IMG/VR virus record: IMGVR_UViG_3300048778_000136
Source: an uncultured virus (IMG/VR IMGVR_UViG_3300048778_000136)
Lineage: Duplodnaviria > Heunggongvirae > Uroviricota > Caudoviricetes
Length of the DNA: 64,000 nt
Reading direction: 5' to 3' (one strand)
Shown here piece after piece: positions 38,384-48,498 of the stretch. Made by a program: the position numbers and the translations under genes. The notes under the pieces were generated by a model. It was not told the origin of the DNA, ran no database searches, and saw nothing but the letters and a program-made list of their open reading frames with translations. How positions within the stretch are numbered: position 1 is the stretch's first letter; every line of letters starts with the position of its first letter.

Positions 38384-39016
38384 ATGCTAGCCATCATAGA
38401 GGAAACGGTTTACACGTTCGATAAATTGTCGGATGAGGCAAAGGAAACGGCGCGGGGATGGATGCGGGAATGTGAGCAGGAAGACTTTGATCCTGATTTC
38501 GTTTTTGAGGACGCTAGGACGGCGGCAAAAATACTAGGAATCGAATTCAACGTAACGCGAAACGGTACGGCGGATATTCGCTACTCCGGTTTCTGTATGC
38601 AAGGTGACGGCGCATCCTTTGTCGGAACCTATTCCCACGCGCCGGGAGCATCCCAAAAGATACGGGAGGAGTTTGGTACAGATACAGCTTTACACGCGAT
38701 TGCTGACGGTCTCATGGCATTACAGATAGGATACCGCCTAGCAACTGGCCATTTTTTTCACGCGGATATTCGCCAGTCCGGGAACTACTGTCACGAGAGG
38801 ACTATGAGCCTTGCAGATGTAACTGACGACCAAACCGGAGAGGGAGTTGAGGGGGACTGGCAGGAAATAGAAACCCGGTTGATAGACCTAATGCGCGACT
38901 TCGCACGCTGGATTTACAAGAGTCTGGAACAGGAGTACGACTACCGCCTAAGCGATGAGGCGATAGACGAGAGTCTAGGACAATACGAATTTGACGAGGA
39001 CGGGGAGCAAGTTTAG
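38384..39016 (+). CDS. Conserved acidic early phage/plasmid protein
   Basis: VYTF..LSD.AKE.AR.W...YSGF..QGDGASF...ARWIY..LE.EY.Y...EF.EDG. Confidence 0.7.
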   Translation: MLAIIEETVYTFDKLSDEAKETARGWMRECEQEDFDPDFVFEDARTAAKILGIEFNVTRNGTADIRYSGFCMQGDGASFVGTYSHAPGASQKIREEFGTDTALHAIADGLMALQIGYRLATGHFFHADIRQSGNYCHERTMSLADVTDDQTGEGVEGDWQEIETRLIDLMRDFARWIYKSLEQEYDYRLSDEAIDESLGQYEFDEDGEQV

Positions 39017-39179
39017 CAAACTCTTGCGATCCGGCAGACTTTTTAGACATTTAAAACGAATAAATACGCTTTCCCATATAAAACACCTATAAACAAACGA
39101 CGTTATGATTTTCCTTTTGAGAAATGGTATCCAAGTGTCATAGTTGAAATATAAATCTCCAATTCCTACACTTTTCCTA

Positions 39180-39208
39180 TTGACACCGAGATGCCATCGT
39201 AGTAGTCT
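39180..39208 (+). promoter_or_regulatory. Early promoter
   Basis: TTGACA-N17-TAGTCT after an AT-rich UP-like tract. Confidence 0.6.
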
Positions 39209-39230
39209 AGATAAATCGGGAGGTAGAAAC

Positions 39231-39458
39231 ATGAAATTCTACCGGGAACTCGCACAATTGATGCACGCAACCGAAGTGAAACCGCTCTGTATCGACAGCG
39301 TGGAATTCTGGATTGATACCGTAGGGCCGTGGGCTGGGCAGCTTTCTTTCTCAGTTCCTACCGGCCAGTGGAATCCTCTAGCAATGGGGAAGGATGTAGC
39401 CTTACTCGCTGCGACGAATCCTGAAATCGGACTCATTGCCATGAAATACGCAAACTAA
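39231..39458 (+). CDS. Hypothetical protein
   Basis: TCGGGAGG RBS. Confidence 0.55.
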   Translation: MKFYRELAQLMHATEVKPLCIDSVEFWIDTVGPWAGQLSFSVPTGQWNPLAMGKDVALLAATNPEIGLIAMKYAN

Positions 39459-39476
39459 GATTTTCCGGGAGGGAAA

Positions 39477-40421
39477 ATGATTATCAACGTAGACTATGAC
39501 CTCACAAAACCAATTCAATCGGCCATCAAAGCCAAGGCTCCCTATGTTGGCGTTCCTATGCCGGGACATGCTCCGCTGATATTCAAGCGGTCACTCCTCG
39601 CCGGGGCGCTGAAAGGCGTTAAGCCGGTCTACATCGAAGTAAATGTACTGGAAAGTGGTTTACGTGTCCTGACCGTCGAAGGTACAGCGGGGCCGCGCGT
39701 CCGTACTCGTTGCAGCATATACTCCATCCGCCGTGAGCAATTTAGGCTATGGGGGAGCGAAGTCAAGAAGGCGATGGATAAGTGGAAGCCTACCATGACG
39801 CTGAAGGTCAAGGCTCCGAAGTCAACGAAGTTCGACAAAGCGATCATCGTGCTAGAGAAGAGGCTAGCAAAGCTGGGGGATCGTCCCCGTCTATATAATC
39901 CGGCTATCGCTACAGGTTATCATTCATCCGACCGGGAATCATGCCTAAAGTGGTATCAGCAAAAGTCCTTACGTGGGCAGGTAGGGGCGCTGGGGAAGCA
40001 AACGCGGACGGGCGGGATGGACTCGCGTCAATTCTATACGGCTATGGACGCCCTGCCGGGGATCGGGAAAGTCACGCGGTACTCGGAACTCGACACACAG
40101 CAAAAGGAATCTATCAAAAGGGATATCCGGGATACGTTCGGGCGCAATGGGTTTCTCGACTATGCCAACCCTAAAATGCTTTGGAGGTTTATGCCAAACC
40201 TCAAAACGTGGTGCGGCGGCAAGCCTTACGGATTGCAACCTTTGGGAGAGGATTATCAGGATGAGCCTCGCTGGGGTGCAAAGCGGTACGAACCTGTACT
40301 GGAATGGCAGCGGGAGAGGAAAGAGATTCTTTCAGCTATCGCGTCTATTCGAGAAATGCAGGTGGAAGTTATTCCTGCCCCGCCAACCTTTCAGGAATTT
40401 ATGGAACAGATCGCAGCCTAG
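39477..40421 (+). CDS. Hypothetical basic protein
   Basis: 314 aa, CCGGGAGG RBS. Confidence 0.65.
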   Translation: MIINVDYDLTKPIQSAIKAKAPYVGVPMPGHAPLIFKRSLLAGALKGVKPVYIEVNVLESGLRVLTVEGTAGPRVRTRCSIYSIRREQFRLWGSEVKKAMDKWKPTMTLKVKAPKSTKFDKAIIVLEKRLAKLGDRPRLYNPAIATGYHSSDRESCLKWYQQKSLRGQVGALGKQTRTGGMDSRQFYTAMDALPGIGKVTRYSELDTQQKESIKRDIRDTFGRNGFLDYANPKMLWRFMPNLKTWCGGKPYGLQPLGEDYQDEPRWGAKRYEPVLEWQRERKEILSAIASIREMQVEVIPAPPTFQEFMEQIAA

Positions 40422-40508
40422 AGCGAAAAGATTTATGGTCGTGGACTCAGGGTGCTCCATTACCTCATCTCCACACTAATAATCAGCACAGACCGGGAGG
40501 GTCTCATT

Positions 40509-40736
40509 ATGACAAAGTATTGGAAGACAACCGTAATAACTACTGTCCTGTCCGAAGGGGAAAATCCACCGGACTACAACTGTCTATCTGAGGTTGCCGC
40601 TGATATCGACAACGGCGATGCAAGCGGAGAAGTCACCTACGATCACTCTGAGGTAAGTGAGGACGAGATGCGGACGCTCCTTATCGCGCAAGGCTCTGAT
40701 CCTGAATTTCTCATTGCTTCAGATGAAGACGAATAA
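40509..40736 (+). CDS. Small acidic protein
   Basis: CCGGGAGG RBS; QGSDPEF motif. Confidence 0.6.
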   Translation: MTKYWKTTVITTVLSEGENPPDYNCLSEVAADIDNGDASGEVTYDHSEVSEDEMRTLLIAQGSDPEFLIASDEDE

Positions 40737-40760
40737 AAATTCCAGACCGGGAGGGTCAAA

Positions 40761-41444
40761 ATGATTTCATCACTTCACATCACAGGATTCCCTGCAATCC
40801 ATAAAACACGTTTCACAGAGCTTGGCTACTGGCACCTGTCCGGGGCATCTTCATTCTGGCAGTGCGTAGACCTCACAGGGGATAAGCCCGCACAGATTGG
40901 GACACAATACGCAACAGAGAAAGAGCTTCTGACAAACCTAGAAGCCTACGCAACCGAGTACGGATGCGACGGGGCCAACCCTAAGAGTCCTAGCGCGGCT
41001 GACCTAATCGCGGCCTTGGAAGAGTGCATTACAAGCGAGAACGCGAACTGTTTCGGACGTGCAGAGCTAATGCACCGCAGACTTAATGCCATCTCAGACC
41101 TTGCACGAACAGTTACAGAAAAGGCGAAAGGAGCCAACCCCGAACCTGCTCTGTCATACATGGACACAGTAGAGAAACTGCGTGACGCTGGCTACGCGGT
41201 GGTAGTTTTCAACCCGGAAGAGTTGGCCGGGGTGAGCAGGAATCGCGTGGAGGATCGTTTATGCGAGTTGGGCTGGGAAGTTATTGGAGACCTCAAACCC
41301 GAATCTGACGATGACGAGGACGAGGAGGATGACGAAGCCATGACGTATGAGGAGGTTGCTAATCATCTTCTCAACGTAGCTGATAACCTTCGCCGTGCTG
41401 ATATCGGCGGCGCTCACGATCCTCGCAACGACCGAGAGGATTAA
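40761..41444 (+). CDS. Mosaic acidic hypothetical protein
   Basis: CCGGGAGG RBS; GYAVVVFNPEEL segment. Confidence 0.6.
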   Translation: MISSLHITGFPAIHKTRFTELGYWHLSGASSFWQCVDLTGDKPAQIGTQYATEKELLTNLEAYATEYGCDGANPKSPSAADLIAALEECITSENANCFGRAELMHRRLNAISDLARTVTEKAKGANPEPALSYMDTVEKLRDAGYAVVVFNPEELAGVSRNRVEDRLCELGWEVIGDLKPESDDDEDEEDDEAMTYEEVANHLLNVADNLRRADIGGAHDPRNDRED

Positions 41445-41458
41445 TACATTTTTACCAC

Positions 41459-41488
41459 TTGACACCTTGCAACCGAGTATGCAACAAT
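41459..41488 (+). promoter_or_regulatory. Putative promoter
   Basis: TTGACA-N18-AACAAT in an intergenic gap. Confidence 0.45.
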
Positions 41489-41526
41489 CATTCCATAAGC
41501 AATTTTCTTGACCGGGAGGAAAGAAA

Positions 41527-42411
41527 ATGTCAACACTCGCAGTAGTCCATGAAGTGAAAGTCCCTACATCTCTCAAGCAGGTAGGCGTCCGTCGCGACTA
41601 CCAGATGATTAACCCTCGCGATATTGATATTGAGGAATCGTTCAACCCGAGAAACTATAGTTTACCGGAGAACCGGGAGCACATCGACAAACTGAAGCGG
41701 AGCATCTCCGAGATTGGGCTGATTCAACCCCTCATCGTTCGCTTCAACCGGGAGACTGGACGGGCGACGGTTGTGGATGGTGAGAGTCGCCTCCGCTCCA
41801 TCATGGAATTGATTGCCGAAGGGCATTCAGTCCTGTCCGAAGCTGATATTCCCTGCTTCCCGGCTCCGCAAGGATCAAACGATGAGAGTAGCCGTCTACT
41901 GGCTGCTATCACATCGAACACTGGAAAACCTCTCTCCAAGTGGGAGCTTGGAACGGCTTTCCAGCGTCTCTTCAACTTCGGTCTCTCGCCTGAGAAGATC
42001 GCAGGGCGCACAGGATACACAGAGCGGTTTATCGGTGAAGCAATCGAACTGGCCGATGCGCCGGAGGAGATCAAGATACTCCTGTCCGCCGCTGCCGTCA
42101 CTCCCTCCCTCGCCCTTGCTACCCTCCGTACCAACGGCTCCGAAGCTACAGCCATCCTCAAGGCGCGTGTAGAAGTAGCCAAGGTCAACGGACAGAAGAC
42201 GGCCAAGCGTGACAAGGCTCCTGCTCCGAAGGCGGCGAAGGAAGAGACTAAGAACGTCTCGAACCTTGTCCTGTACGCGGCTGAGGAGATGGCTAAAGCT
42301 ATCGACGTGTGGATTGAGGACGCAACGGCAGAGGCCGAGGCGAAGCTGATCGAGGCGCACAAGGCGTATCGGAAACTCATCCGGGCTCCAAAGAGAGAGG
42401 AGGCGGCATAA
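41527..42411 (+). CDS. ParB/Srx-like domain protein
   Basis: FNPR, L..SI...G..QPL.V, VDGESRL, then HTH. Confidence 0.85.
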   Translation: MSTLAVVHEVKVPTSLKQVGVRRDYQMINPRDIDIEESFNPRNYSLPENREHIDKLKRSISEIGLIQPLIVRFNRETGRATVVDGESRLRSIMELIAEGHSVLSEADIPCFPAPQGSNDESSRLLAAITSNTGKPLSKWELGTAFQRLFNFGLSPEKIAGRTGYTERFIGEAIELADAPEEIKILLSAAAVTPSLALATLRTNGSEATAILKARVEVAKVNGQKTAKRDKAPAPKAAKEETKNVSNLVLYAAEEMAKAIDVWIEDATAEAEAKLIEAHKAYRKLIRAPKREEAA

Positions 42412-43013
42412 TGGCAAAGAAAGCTATCGACTCACCCGCCGTGCGACTTATGTCTCACCTCTGGGAAAATGCTCAGGATGCGACTGGCCATTCATGGCTG
42501 CGACTCAACCAAGGAATGCGGGAGGGATTGTTTCTCGCGGTTAAGATCGGTCTTGAGTTTGAAGAGAATGACCTCTCTACGATTTTCGCACGGTTCCGTG
42601 GAGGGTACTGGTTCGGTGATTCGTTTGAGAGCTTCTACCACTGCGCAATCACGTATAACAATCGCTCAGCATGGAAGGCTTACGAGACCTACGCCAAGCG
42701 CACTCCGTTCATCTGGACGCCCGCTAAACTGAGGGAGAGTTATGGCGGAGGCGGTCAGGGTATCAATAACCCTCCGAGGCTCGCTGTAGGCGCTGAATTC
42801 AACTGGAAGGGCGAGAAGGTCACAGTCACCAGTTTCAACGATGACAAGGGCTATTTCGTCGCTCAGTCCTATACCCGCGAAGAGAGCGAAGATTGCGAAA
42901 CGTGCGGTCGCACGAAGACTTGGCCGAAGGATAAAATCCTGCACCGCTACACCATTACCCATGAAGACCTTAAGGCTGAAAAGAAGCGTCTGAAACAGGA
43001 GAAAGCGGCGTGA
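42411..43013 (+). CDS. Hypothetical protein
   Basis: TAATG coupling to the ParB-like gene. Confidence 0.6.
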   Translation: MAKKAIDSPAVRLMSHLWENAQDATGHSWLRLNQGMREGLFLAVKIGLEFEENDLSTIFARFRGGYWFGDSFESFYHCAITYNNRSAWKAYETYAKRTPFIWTPAKLRESYGGGGQGINNPPRLAVGAEFNWKGEKVTVTSFNDDKGYFVAQSYTREESEDCETCGRTKTWPKDKILHRYTITHEDLKAEKKRLKQEKAA

Positions 43014-43630
43014 ACTCCTGTGCGCAGTGCGGTGGCGTCGGATTCACGGTACGGAAGGTAGGCAAGGATACCTTCGCCCGACGCTGCCCACTGTGCCGAC
43101 CCGGATCATTATTCAATCAGCGCAAGGAAGTTCCTAAAAAGAAACGAGGACGTAAATGAAAACTCTACCGCTCACCCTCTTTGACCGTCTGTATTACGCC
43201 CTGAATTTGGTCGCCTTTATCGTCCTATGCTCCGCGCTGGTTGGCGGCCTGTACTCGCTCTGGATCGCAAGCTAAACGCTTGGAGGTAACAGTATGGCTT
43301 ACTTGGAAATGACACAAATATCGGTTCAGGATCGGCAAAAGGATTATTACGCGCTTCTCTTATGGGCGAAGTACATGGAGGCAAAAGGCCATTACGAACA
43401 GGCACATGCCGATTATGTTAAAAACAAGGGGGCCGACGTACTTGATATATTGTTCCTTCGTTTGCGTAGCACTGAAGCGGCTCAAGCGCAATTTCTCGCA
43501 CAACTTCGCATGACTCCTGAACATTTGGGCGCGTTTGGATGGCGCAACTACTCTAAGGCGGTGTAGGGGCATCATCGCTACCCTGCGGATGGTGCTCTGA
43601 TACCGTACTTGACGCGAAAGGAAAAGGAAA

Positions 43631-43900
43631 ATGGCTAAGAATAAGGATGAGGTAAAGAGGTTTATCGAAGCTCTAGAGGATGCCATGTACGAACCTAAGA
43701 GCTATAGCGGACGCGGCATGTACGGAAAGTGCTGTGTATCCATCTCCGAAGAAGGTGTATCGGCATGGGATATAGCACGCGCTCTCTGGTTCAATAACCT
43801 CGACGAAGAGGACTTGGATATTCCTGAGCCGCTACAGGATCAATTAGGCCGTGGATATATTCTCTACTGGCCGAGCTACGAGTGGCCGAAGGACGAGTAA
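43631..43900 (+). CDS. Conserved phage hypothetical protein
   Basis: YSGRGMYGK.C...D.LG...I.YWP. Confidence 0.65.
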   Translation: MAKNKDEVKRFIEALEDAMYEPKSYSGRGMYGKCCVSISEEGVSAWDIARALWFNNLDEEDLDIPEPLQDQLGRGYILYWPSYEWPKDE

Positions 43901-43922
43901 ATACGTTTCCGGGAGAAATAAA

Positions 43923-44420
43923 ATGAGCATCAAGAAATCAAAACACGATGGAATGATTCGCGGCTTCTATCACCTGAAGGAAGCGTGGTACGCCGATGCT
44001 AATCTTAACAACCGTTCCGATGGACTCGTCGATGAGATAAACATCGGCTTCTATGGGCCTGACGGCGACCAAGGAACCACCGGAGAATTTGCAGTTCGTT
44101 GGACAGAGTTAGGCGGAGGAGTAGTTCCGCAACTATGCGTCTATGACGACGCTTGGGAGGCTCTCACACACTTCTCTGACCTCTTAGAAGAGATGGCGAA
44201 GCTGAACTATAAGAATCCTTCCGCGACAGACTTTTGCGAACTACTCAAGCGGCTAGGGGTGAAAGACCTCACGCCAAGAGATGATGCACGCCGCGAGTCT
44301 CTACGTATTGTCAATGAGGCACACCAGACTCACCGCGCTGTAGATCACATTGATGGAGACTCTTTCAACAGTGACCCATCTAACCTGCGTATCGTGACAC
44401 TCAGCGAGAACAGGAGGTAG
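43923..44420 (+). CDS. Hypothetical protein with C-terminal HNH remnant
   Basis: CCGGGAG RBS; ends VDHIDGDSFNSDPSNLRIVTLSENRR. Confidence 0.6.
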   Translation: MSIKKSKHDGMIRGFYHLKEAWYADANLNNRSDGLVDEINIGFYGPDGDQGTTGEFAVRWTELGGGVVPQLCVYDDAWEALTHFSDLLEEMAKLNYKNPSATDFCELLKRLGVKDLTPRDDARRESLRIVNEAHQTHRAVDHIDGDSFNSDPSNLRIVTLSENRR

Positions 44421-44422
44421 TT

Positions 44423-44677
44423 ATGAGTATGCCCACAGTACCTACGTGCGACATTTGTTCGAAGCCTAAGGGCGAGACGAATCACTGGTTTGTAGCGTTC
44501 CGAAAGATGACAGTGAAGGGCTTAGGAACTTGTCGCACTGTGATCTTCGACTGGACGACGAAACTCGCCCAACAGAAGAATGCCATACATATCTGCGGTG
44601 AGGGATGCGTCTCTATTTTCCTTAGCCGCGACATGGCAGACCGAACGACTGAGGACGAGGTAAAGGAGAAAGTATAA
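44423..44677 (+). CDS. Zn-finger protein
   Basis: CDIC...K...NHWF....HICGE.C. Confidence 0.6.
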   Translation: MSMPTVPTCDICSKPKGETNHWFVAFRKMTVKGLGTCRTVIFDWTTKLAQQKNAIHICGEGCVSIFLSRDMADRTTEDEVKEKV

Positions 44678-45423
44678 TGAGCAACATTGATAAATGGCTA
44701 GTAGAAACGAATCCTGACGACAAAGGGTGGACATCGCAATCGCATCCATCGTTCGGCGTCATTGGCGTGTCGCGTGTATCAGGTGAAGCGTCCTTGTTCG
44801 ATAGCGACGTGAAGCATGGACACTTCATAGAAATCACAATCAGCGAGGCTAAGAAGCATCGTACCGGATTCACCCATGAATCTGTACTGGGTGGAAAGCA
44901 ATTAGCAAGGGTTCGGATGTCCTTCGCTCAATTCGCGCAATTCATTACCACGCAAAATGTTGGGAGCGGAACTCCCTGCACGATAGCTCACATCATCGGT
45001 GATGAGAACGAACCTTACGCAACGCAGTGGGGCGGGCGTCCTGATCCCCCCGACCCTAAGCCGTTCCTAGATAAGTTCCACGGCGTAGGCAAGGAACGCG
45101 CAGACCGCATACTTGCGACGGTATCCGATGCTCTCAAGCAAGCTGAGTCCTTGTTGTCTGGGGATGATAAGCCGACAAAGGCGAACCTCAAGAACATCAC
45201 CGCCAAGCTGTCTTCCGTGCATCAGGATGTGAAGTCGAATCTTCCTTATCTCATGGAGTGTTTGGATGAGGAAATGGAGCATAAACTATCCAACGCCGTC
45301 ACTGAATTCGAGAGCTACGTCGCCAGTAGTTTGCAAGAAAAAGGTCTAGAGATTTTGCGCGAGAACACTATGAAACTCAACGTTGGAGCCATAAAAGCTA
45401 TTGGGACAGGAGAAGAGAAATGA
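44677..45423 (+). CDS. Conserved phage hypothetical protein
   Basis: HPSFG.I..SRV.G...LF.S...H...I.I.I; MS.AQFA..I...N.G.G.PCTI. Confidence 0.7.
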   Translation: MSNIDKWLVETNPDDKGWTSQSHPSFGVIGVSRVSGEASLFDSDVKHGHFIEITISEAKKHRTGFTHESVLGGKQLARVRMSFAQFAQFITTQNVGSGTPCTIAHIIGDENEPYATQWGGRPDPPDPKPFLDKFHGVGKERADRILATVSDALKQAESLLSGDDKPTKANLKNITAKLSSVHQDVKSNLPYLMECLDEEMEHKLSNAVTEFESYVASSLQEKGLEILRENTMKLNVGAIKAIGTGEEK

Positions 45424-45617
45424 AATGGTTAATGAAACCACCGCTATCACAGCAACTTCTCAATATCGCTCAGACGTATGTCAACGGCGACATACAAACG
45501 CTAGGCTCTCGCAAGTCTGACCGCCTAGACTTCCACGAGGTAAGTGTCTGGGGCATCGAGGCCGCACTCAGGGCAGCGTATGAGCTAGGCTGGAAGGTTG
45601 GAGCCGGGAAGGAGTAA
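45420..45617 (+). CDS. DUF6900-like protein
   Basis: TL..R.SD.LDFHEVSVW.I..AL.AAYE.G. Confidence 0.7.
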   Translation: MKWLMKPPLSQQLLNIAQTYVNGDIQTLGSRKSDRLDFHEVSVWGIEAALRAAYELGWKVGAGKE

Positions 45618-45619
45618 CT

Positions 45620-45772
45620 ATGAATTTCCTACGCGCCATCATCGGAATCGTCGTCGTCATTATTTTAGCTCTGCTATTGGGCTGGACAAAGAATGAAAAA
45701 CACCCGGCAAAAACTTTTTACAGTTGGCTGGGTGCGATTACTGTACTACTTTTGCTGAGGTTTTTCCTATGA
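45620..45772 (+). CDS. Small two-TM membrane protein
   Basis: Hand translation MNFLRAIIGIVVVIILALLLG...WLGAITVLLLLRFFL; AAGGAG RBS. Confidence 0.5.
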   Translation: MNFLRAIIGIVVVIILALLLGWTKNEKHPAKTFYSWLGAITVLLLLRFFL

Positions 45773-46077
45773 GTGTAATCAAAGTAATAAAAGAAGTTTT
45801 CCATTGCACTTGCGACCATAGTAACTGCCGTTACGAGTGGGACGCCGACGCTATTCCGCAGCGCTGCGCGAAGTGCCAGCGTAGGACGTGGAATCGTCCT
45901 ACCCGCATACCGTCAAAGAAGCCGCTCACCTTCAACGGTGAGACCCTAACGATAGCTCAGTGGTCGCGGAAGTTAGGGCTGGCCAAGACTACAATTCCTT
46001 GGAGAATTAAGCAGAGTTTTCCTATGGAGCAGGTGTTATCAGATGAGGATTGGCGGCGCAAAGAGGAGCAAAAATGA
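45769..46077 (+). CDS. Zn ribbon + HTH-like protein
   Basis: C.C....C..EW.....P..C..C....WN; TFNGET.TI.QWS..LGL...TI..RI. Confidence 0.65.
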   Translation: MSVIKVIKEVFHCTCDHSNCRYEWDADAIPQRCAKCQRRTWNRPTRIPSKKPLTFNGETLTIAQWSRKLGLAKTTIPWRIKQSFPMEQVLSDEDWRRKEEQK

Positions 46078-46460
46078 GCTACTTCGAAGACCAGTACGAC
46101 GAATGGATGGCGAACGATTGCAAGGGAGCCATCGAAGACTACGGCGACGGGATGACGTACGTTGAGGACAAGCCTAAGTACATTCCTCCGCCGAACAAGG
46201 TAACGACCTCAGCCTACGGGCGTAGCCGCTCGCTACTCGCTATCTCTAAGCTGGAAGAGTTTGCGGCATGGGCAATAGCCGATGGATTCGTGCGCGAAGA
46301 GACGAAGGGAGAATACGAGGTTCTCCGCCTGCGCTGGGCAGAGAAGATCAACGGACAGAGGATGCAGCCCTACATCTTCTTTAGGCGTGATGGCGCACAG
46401 CACGCTACCAGTCAAGCCGAAGGAACTCAACTCGTTGCACGTTGGCTGAAGGCACAATAA
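46074..46460 (+). CDS. Hypothetical protein
   Basis: GAGGAG RBS, ATGA overlap. Confidence 0.6.
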   Translation: MSYFEDQYDEWMANDCKGAIEDYGDGMTYVEDKPKYIPPPNKVTTSAYGRSRSLLAISKLEEFAAWAIADGFVREETKGEYEVLRLRWAEKINGQRMQPYIFFRRDGAQHATSQAEGTQLVARWLKAQ

Positions 46461-46665
46461 AGGAGATATAAGCAATGAATACTGTCGCACGGTAAACATG
46501 GTATTCCCGGATGCTATATTTGCCGCGCTTGGTTCACTGGGAAATATTTTATAGTTACGGCTAACGATATAACCGGCAAGGAACTAGCATGGAAAGCGAC
46601 TAGTGATCCATCTGAAGTTGGGAATATCATCAAGCAATTTTCAGGAATTTAGTAAGGGAGAAAGG

Positions 46666-46911
46666 ATGATTCAAGACATTACTATCCCGGCTCGTCTATG
46701 CCAGTGCGAGGCGCTTTTGAATGACGGTACGCCTTGTCTTTATGAGTGGATTTCAATTGCAACCTTACCACCCACGCACTGTATGAACCGGGAGTGCCGA
46801 AGCCGGGAATGGAACGGGAAGAAACCGAAGCGAGTACCTGAAAAGAAAGCAGTAGTGATCCTGCCGAAGCCAATCAAGGTTCGAGGAATAGAGGAAGATG
46901 AAGACTTCTAA
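46666..46911 (+). CDS. Zn ribbon protein
   Basis: CQC...C..EW......P..C....C.S..WN. Confidence 0.6.
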   Translation: MIQDITIPARLCQCEALLNDGTPCLYEWISIATLPPTHCMNRECRSREWNGKKPKRVPEKKAVVILPKPIKVRGIEEDEDF

Positions 46912-47083
46912 AAAGAGTGGGCGTCAGCGTCGGCGGGACAATAAAGAACAGTACAAAGCTAGACAGGTAGCGGCTCGGTTGTTAGGATTTTATCTTTACA
47001 AATGCTCCCATTGCGGCGAGGATTATAAGTCTAAAGTGGGCGATCTAAAGTTTCCTTGTTGTGACGAATGCATACCCTTTTAG
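46898..47083 (+). CDS. Small Zn-finger protein with VAARLLG tag
   Basis: KARQVAARLLG then CSHC...CDEC. Confidence 0.6.
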   Translation: MKTSKKSGRQRRRDNKEQYKARQVAARLLGFYLYKCSHCGEDYKSKVGDLKFPCCDECIPF

Positions 47084-47092
47084 GAGAAAATA

Positions 47093-47314
47093 ATGGCTCG
47101 TAACTGGCCCAGAGATCAACAACGTCGCTACAGGGAAGAGCGTAGGAAGCAAGCCGCCCGCGTTGCTGATCGGTTGATGGGTAAGAAGAAATCGCCAATT
47201 TTCGGAGAATCTAGAATACGATCACCTTTTCAGTATCAGGATTCGACGAACTTCTATAACAACACTGTACGACCGTCACTAGTTCCGTGGGAGCTAGGGA
47301 ATGAGGTGAAGTAA
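47093..47314 (+). CDS. Small protein with VADRLMG tag
   Basis: AGGAG RBS; QAARVADRLMG. Confidence 0.6.
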   Translation: MARNWPRDQQRRYREERRKQAARVADRLMGKKKSPIFGESRIRSPFQYQDSTNFYNNTVRPSLVPWELGNEVK

Positions 47315-48006
47315 TGAGCGAAAATTCCGCAGTAGCGTACATGCGTTGTAGTGGGGCCTCGCAGGTAGATCGTGATTCCTTCCCGCGTCAGACCTCCTCG
47401 ATTGCGTCTTGCTGCCGTTCCAAGGGCCTAGAGTTGATCCGGGAGTACAGGGAAGAGGCTGTGCCGGGTAAGTTTGATGAGGAGCACCGTCCTGCCTTCC
47501 AACGGATGATTAGTGACCTACTAGGCAACGGATGCCGCACCATAGTAATTGAGGGTATGTCCAGACTGGCGAGGGAATATCGAACACAGGAGCACTTGAT
47601 AATTTACATCGCCAGTAAGGGAATTACCCTCATCTCAGCCGACACAGGAGAAGATATCACAGCGGCAATGATGGGTGATCCTATGCGCCGTGCTCTCGTC
47701 CAGATTCAGGGAATTTTTTCGGAGCTAGATAAGAATCTTCTCGTAGCTAAACTGCGCAAGGCGAGAGAGCGTCAACGAGCTACTACCGGGAGATCAGAGG
47801 GCCAAAAACCCTACGGCGATAAGCCCGGTGAAGCTGACTCCCTTGCAATGATGCGAAGCCTACGGGCGGCAGGACTCTCGTGCGACAAGATTGCGGATGC
47901 GTTGAACGAGAACGGAGTACCGGCGCGTAGGAAGGGAATCAAGAACTACAGTGGCCTATGGCTTGGATGCACTGTAAATCGCATCTTGAAAAGGGAGGCG
48001 GCGTGA
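47314..48006 (+). CDS. Serine recombinase (resolvase/invertase size)
   Basis: AYMRCS...Q.....RQ, RPAF..M, SRLAR; C-terminal IA..LN..G.P.R....W....V.RIL. Confidence 0.88.
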   Translation: MSENSAVAYMRCSGASQVDRDSFPRQTSSIASCCRSKGLELIREYREEAVPGKFDEEHRPAFQRMISDLLGNGCRTIVIEGMSRLAREYRTQEHLIIYIASKGITLISADTGEDITAAMMGDPMRRALVQIQGIFSELDKNLLVAKLRKARERQRATTGRSEGQKPYGDKPGEADSLAMMRSLRAAGLSCDKIADALNENGVPARRKGIKNYSGLWLGCTVNRILKREAA

Positions 48007-48284
48007 AATTGATTTGGTACAACCGCGATAGCATCTCAGACCAAGATATGCGGCAGGCGAAGGCTGTAGCGGAGAGGCTGTTGGGAAAGAAGGAATTCGA
48101 TACTCCCCTGTTGCCATTTTTCAGTGGGGCTACAATGCAGGTTCCAATTATGTATGGCTACTCTGCAAATCATCCTAATAAGGCCCCACTACAGACTCCT
48201 GTTCCGCCGTTTGATTGGGGTTGGGAGCCTGCCCCTCAATGGGCAAAGGACGCGAAGGAAGATGATCGTAAGCGGGAGGCGTAA
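48003..48284 (+). CDS. Small protein with VAERLLG tag
   Basis: GTGA overlap; QAKAVAERLLG. Confidence 0.6.
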   Translation: MKLIWYNRDSISDQDMRQAKAVAERLLGKKEFDTPLLPFFSGATMQVPIMYGYSANHPNKAPLQTPVPPFDWGWEPAPQWAKDAKEDDRKREA

Positions 48285-48498
48285 TGAAGATTGACTACAC
48301 CAAGCTAACGTGGAAGCAGATGTCTAACATCGTCCTGTCCGTCCACAAGGAAATGAAACGTAGAAATCCCATTGGGATAAACTGCTACGCGAACTATGTT
48401 GAAGTTGCGGCAGCGGCTCTTCTGGAAATATCCGGAGGCGAGGCCGATAACTTTACCAGCGAGCATGGGCCTAAAGAACCGAAGTGGAGGAAGAAAAA

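Noticed and set aside
28380..46460. Weaker tag-like strings (RVAADALLG, VANHLLN, VARWLKA)
   Set aside because: They lack the R-L-x-G core or its spacing and were not counted.
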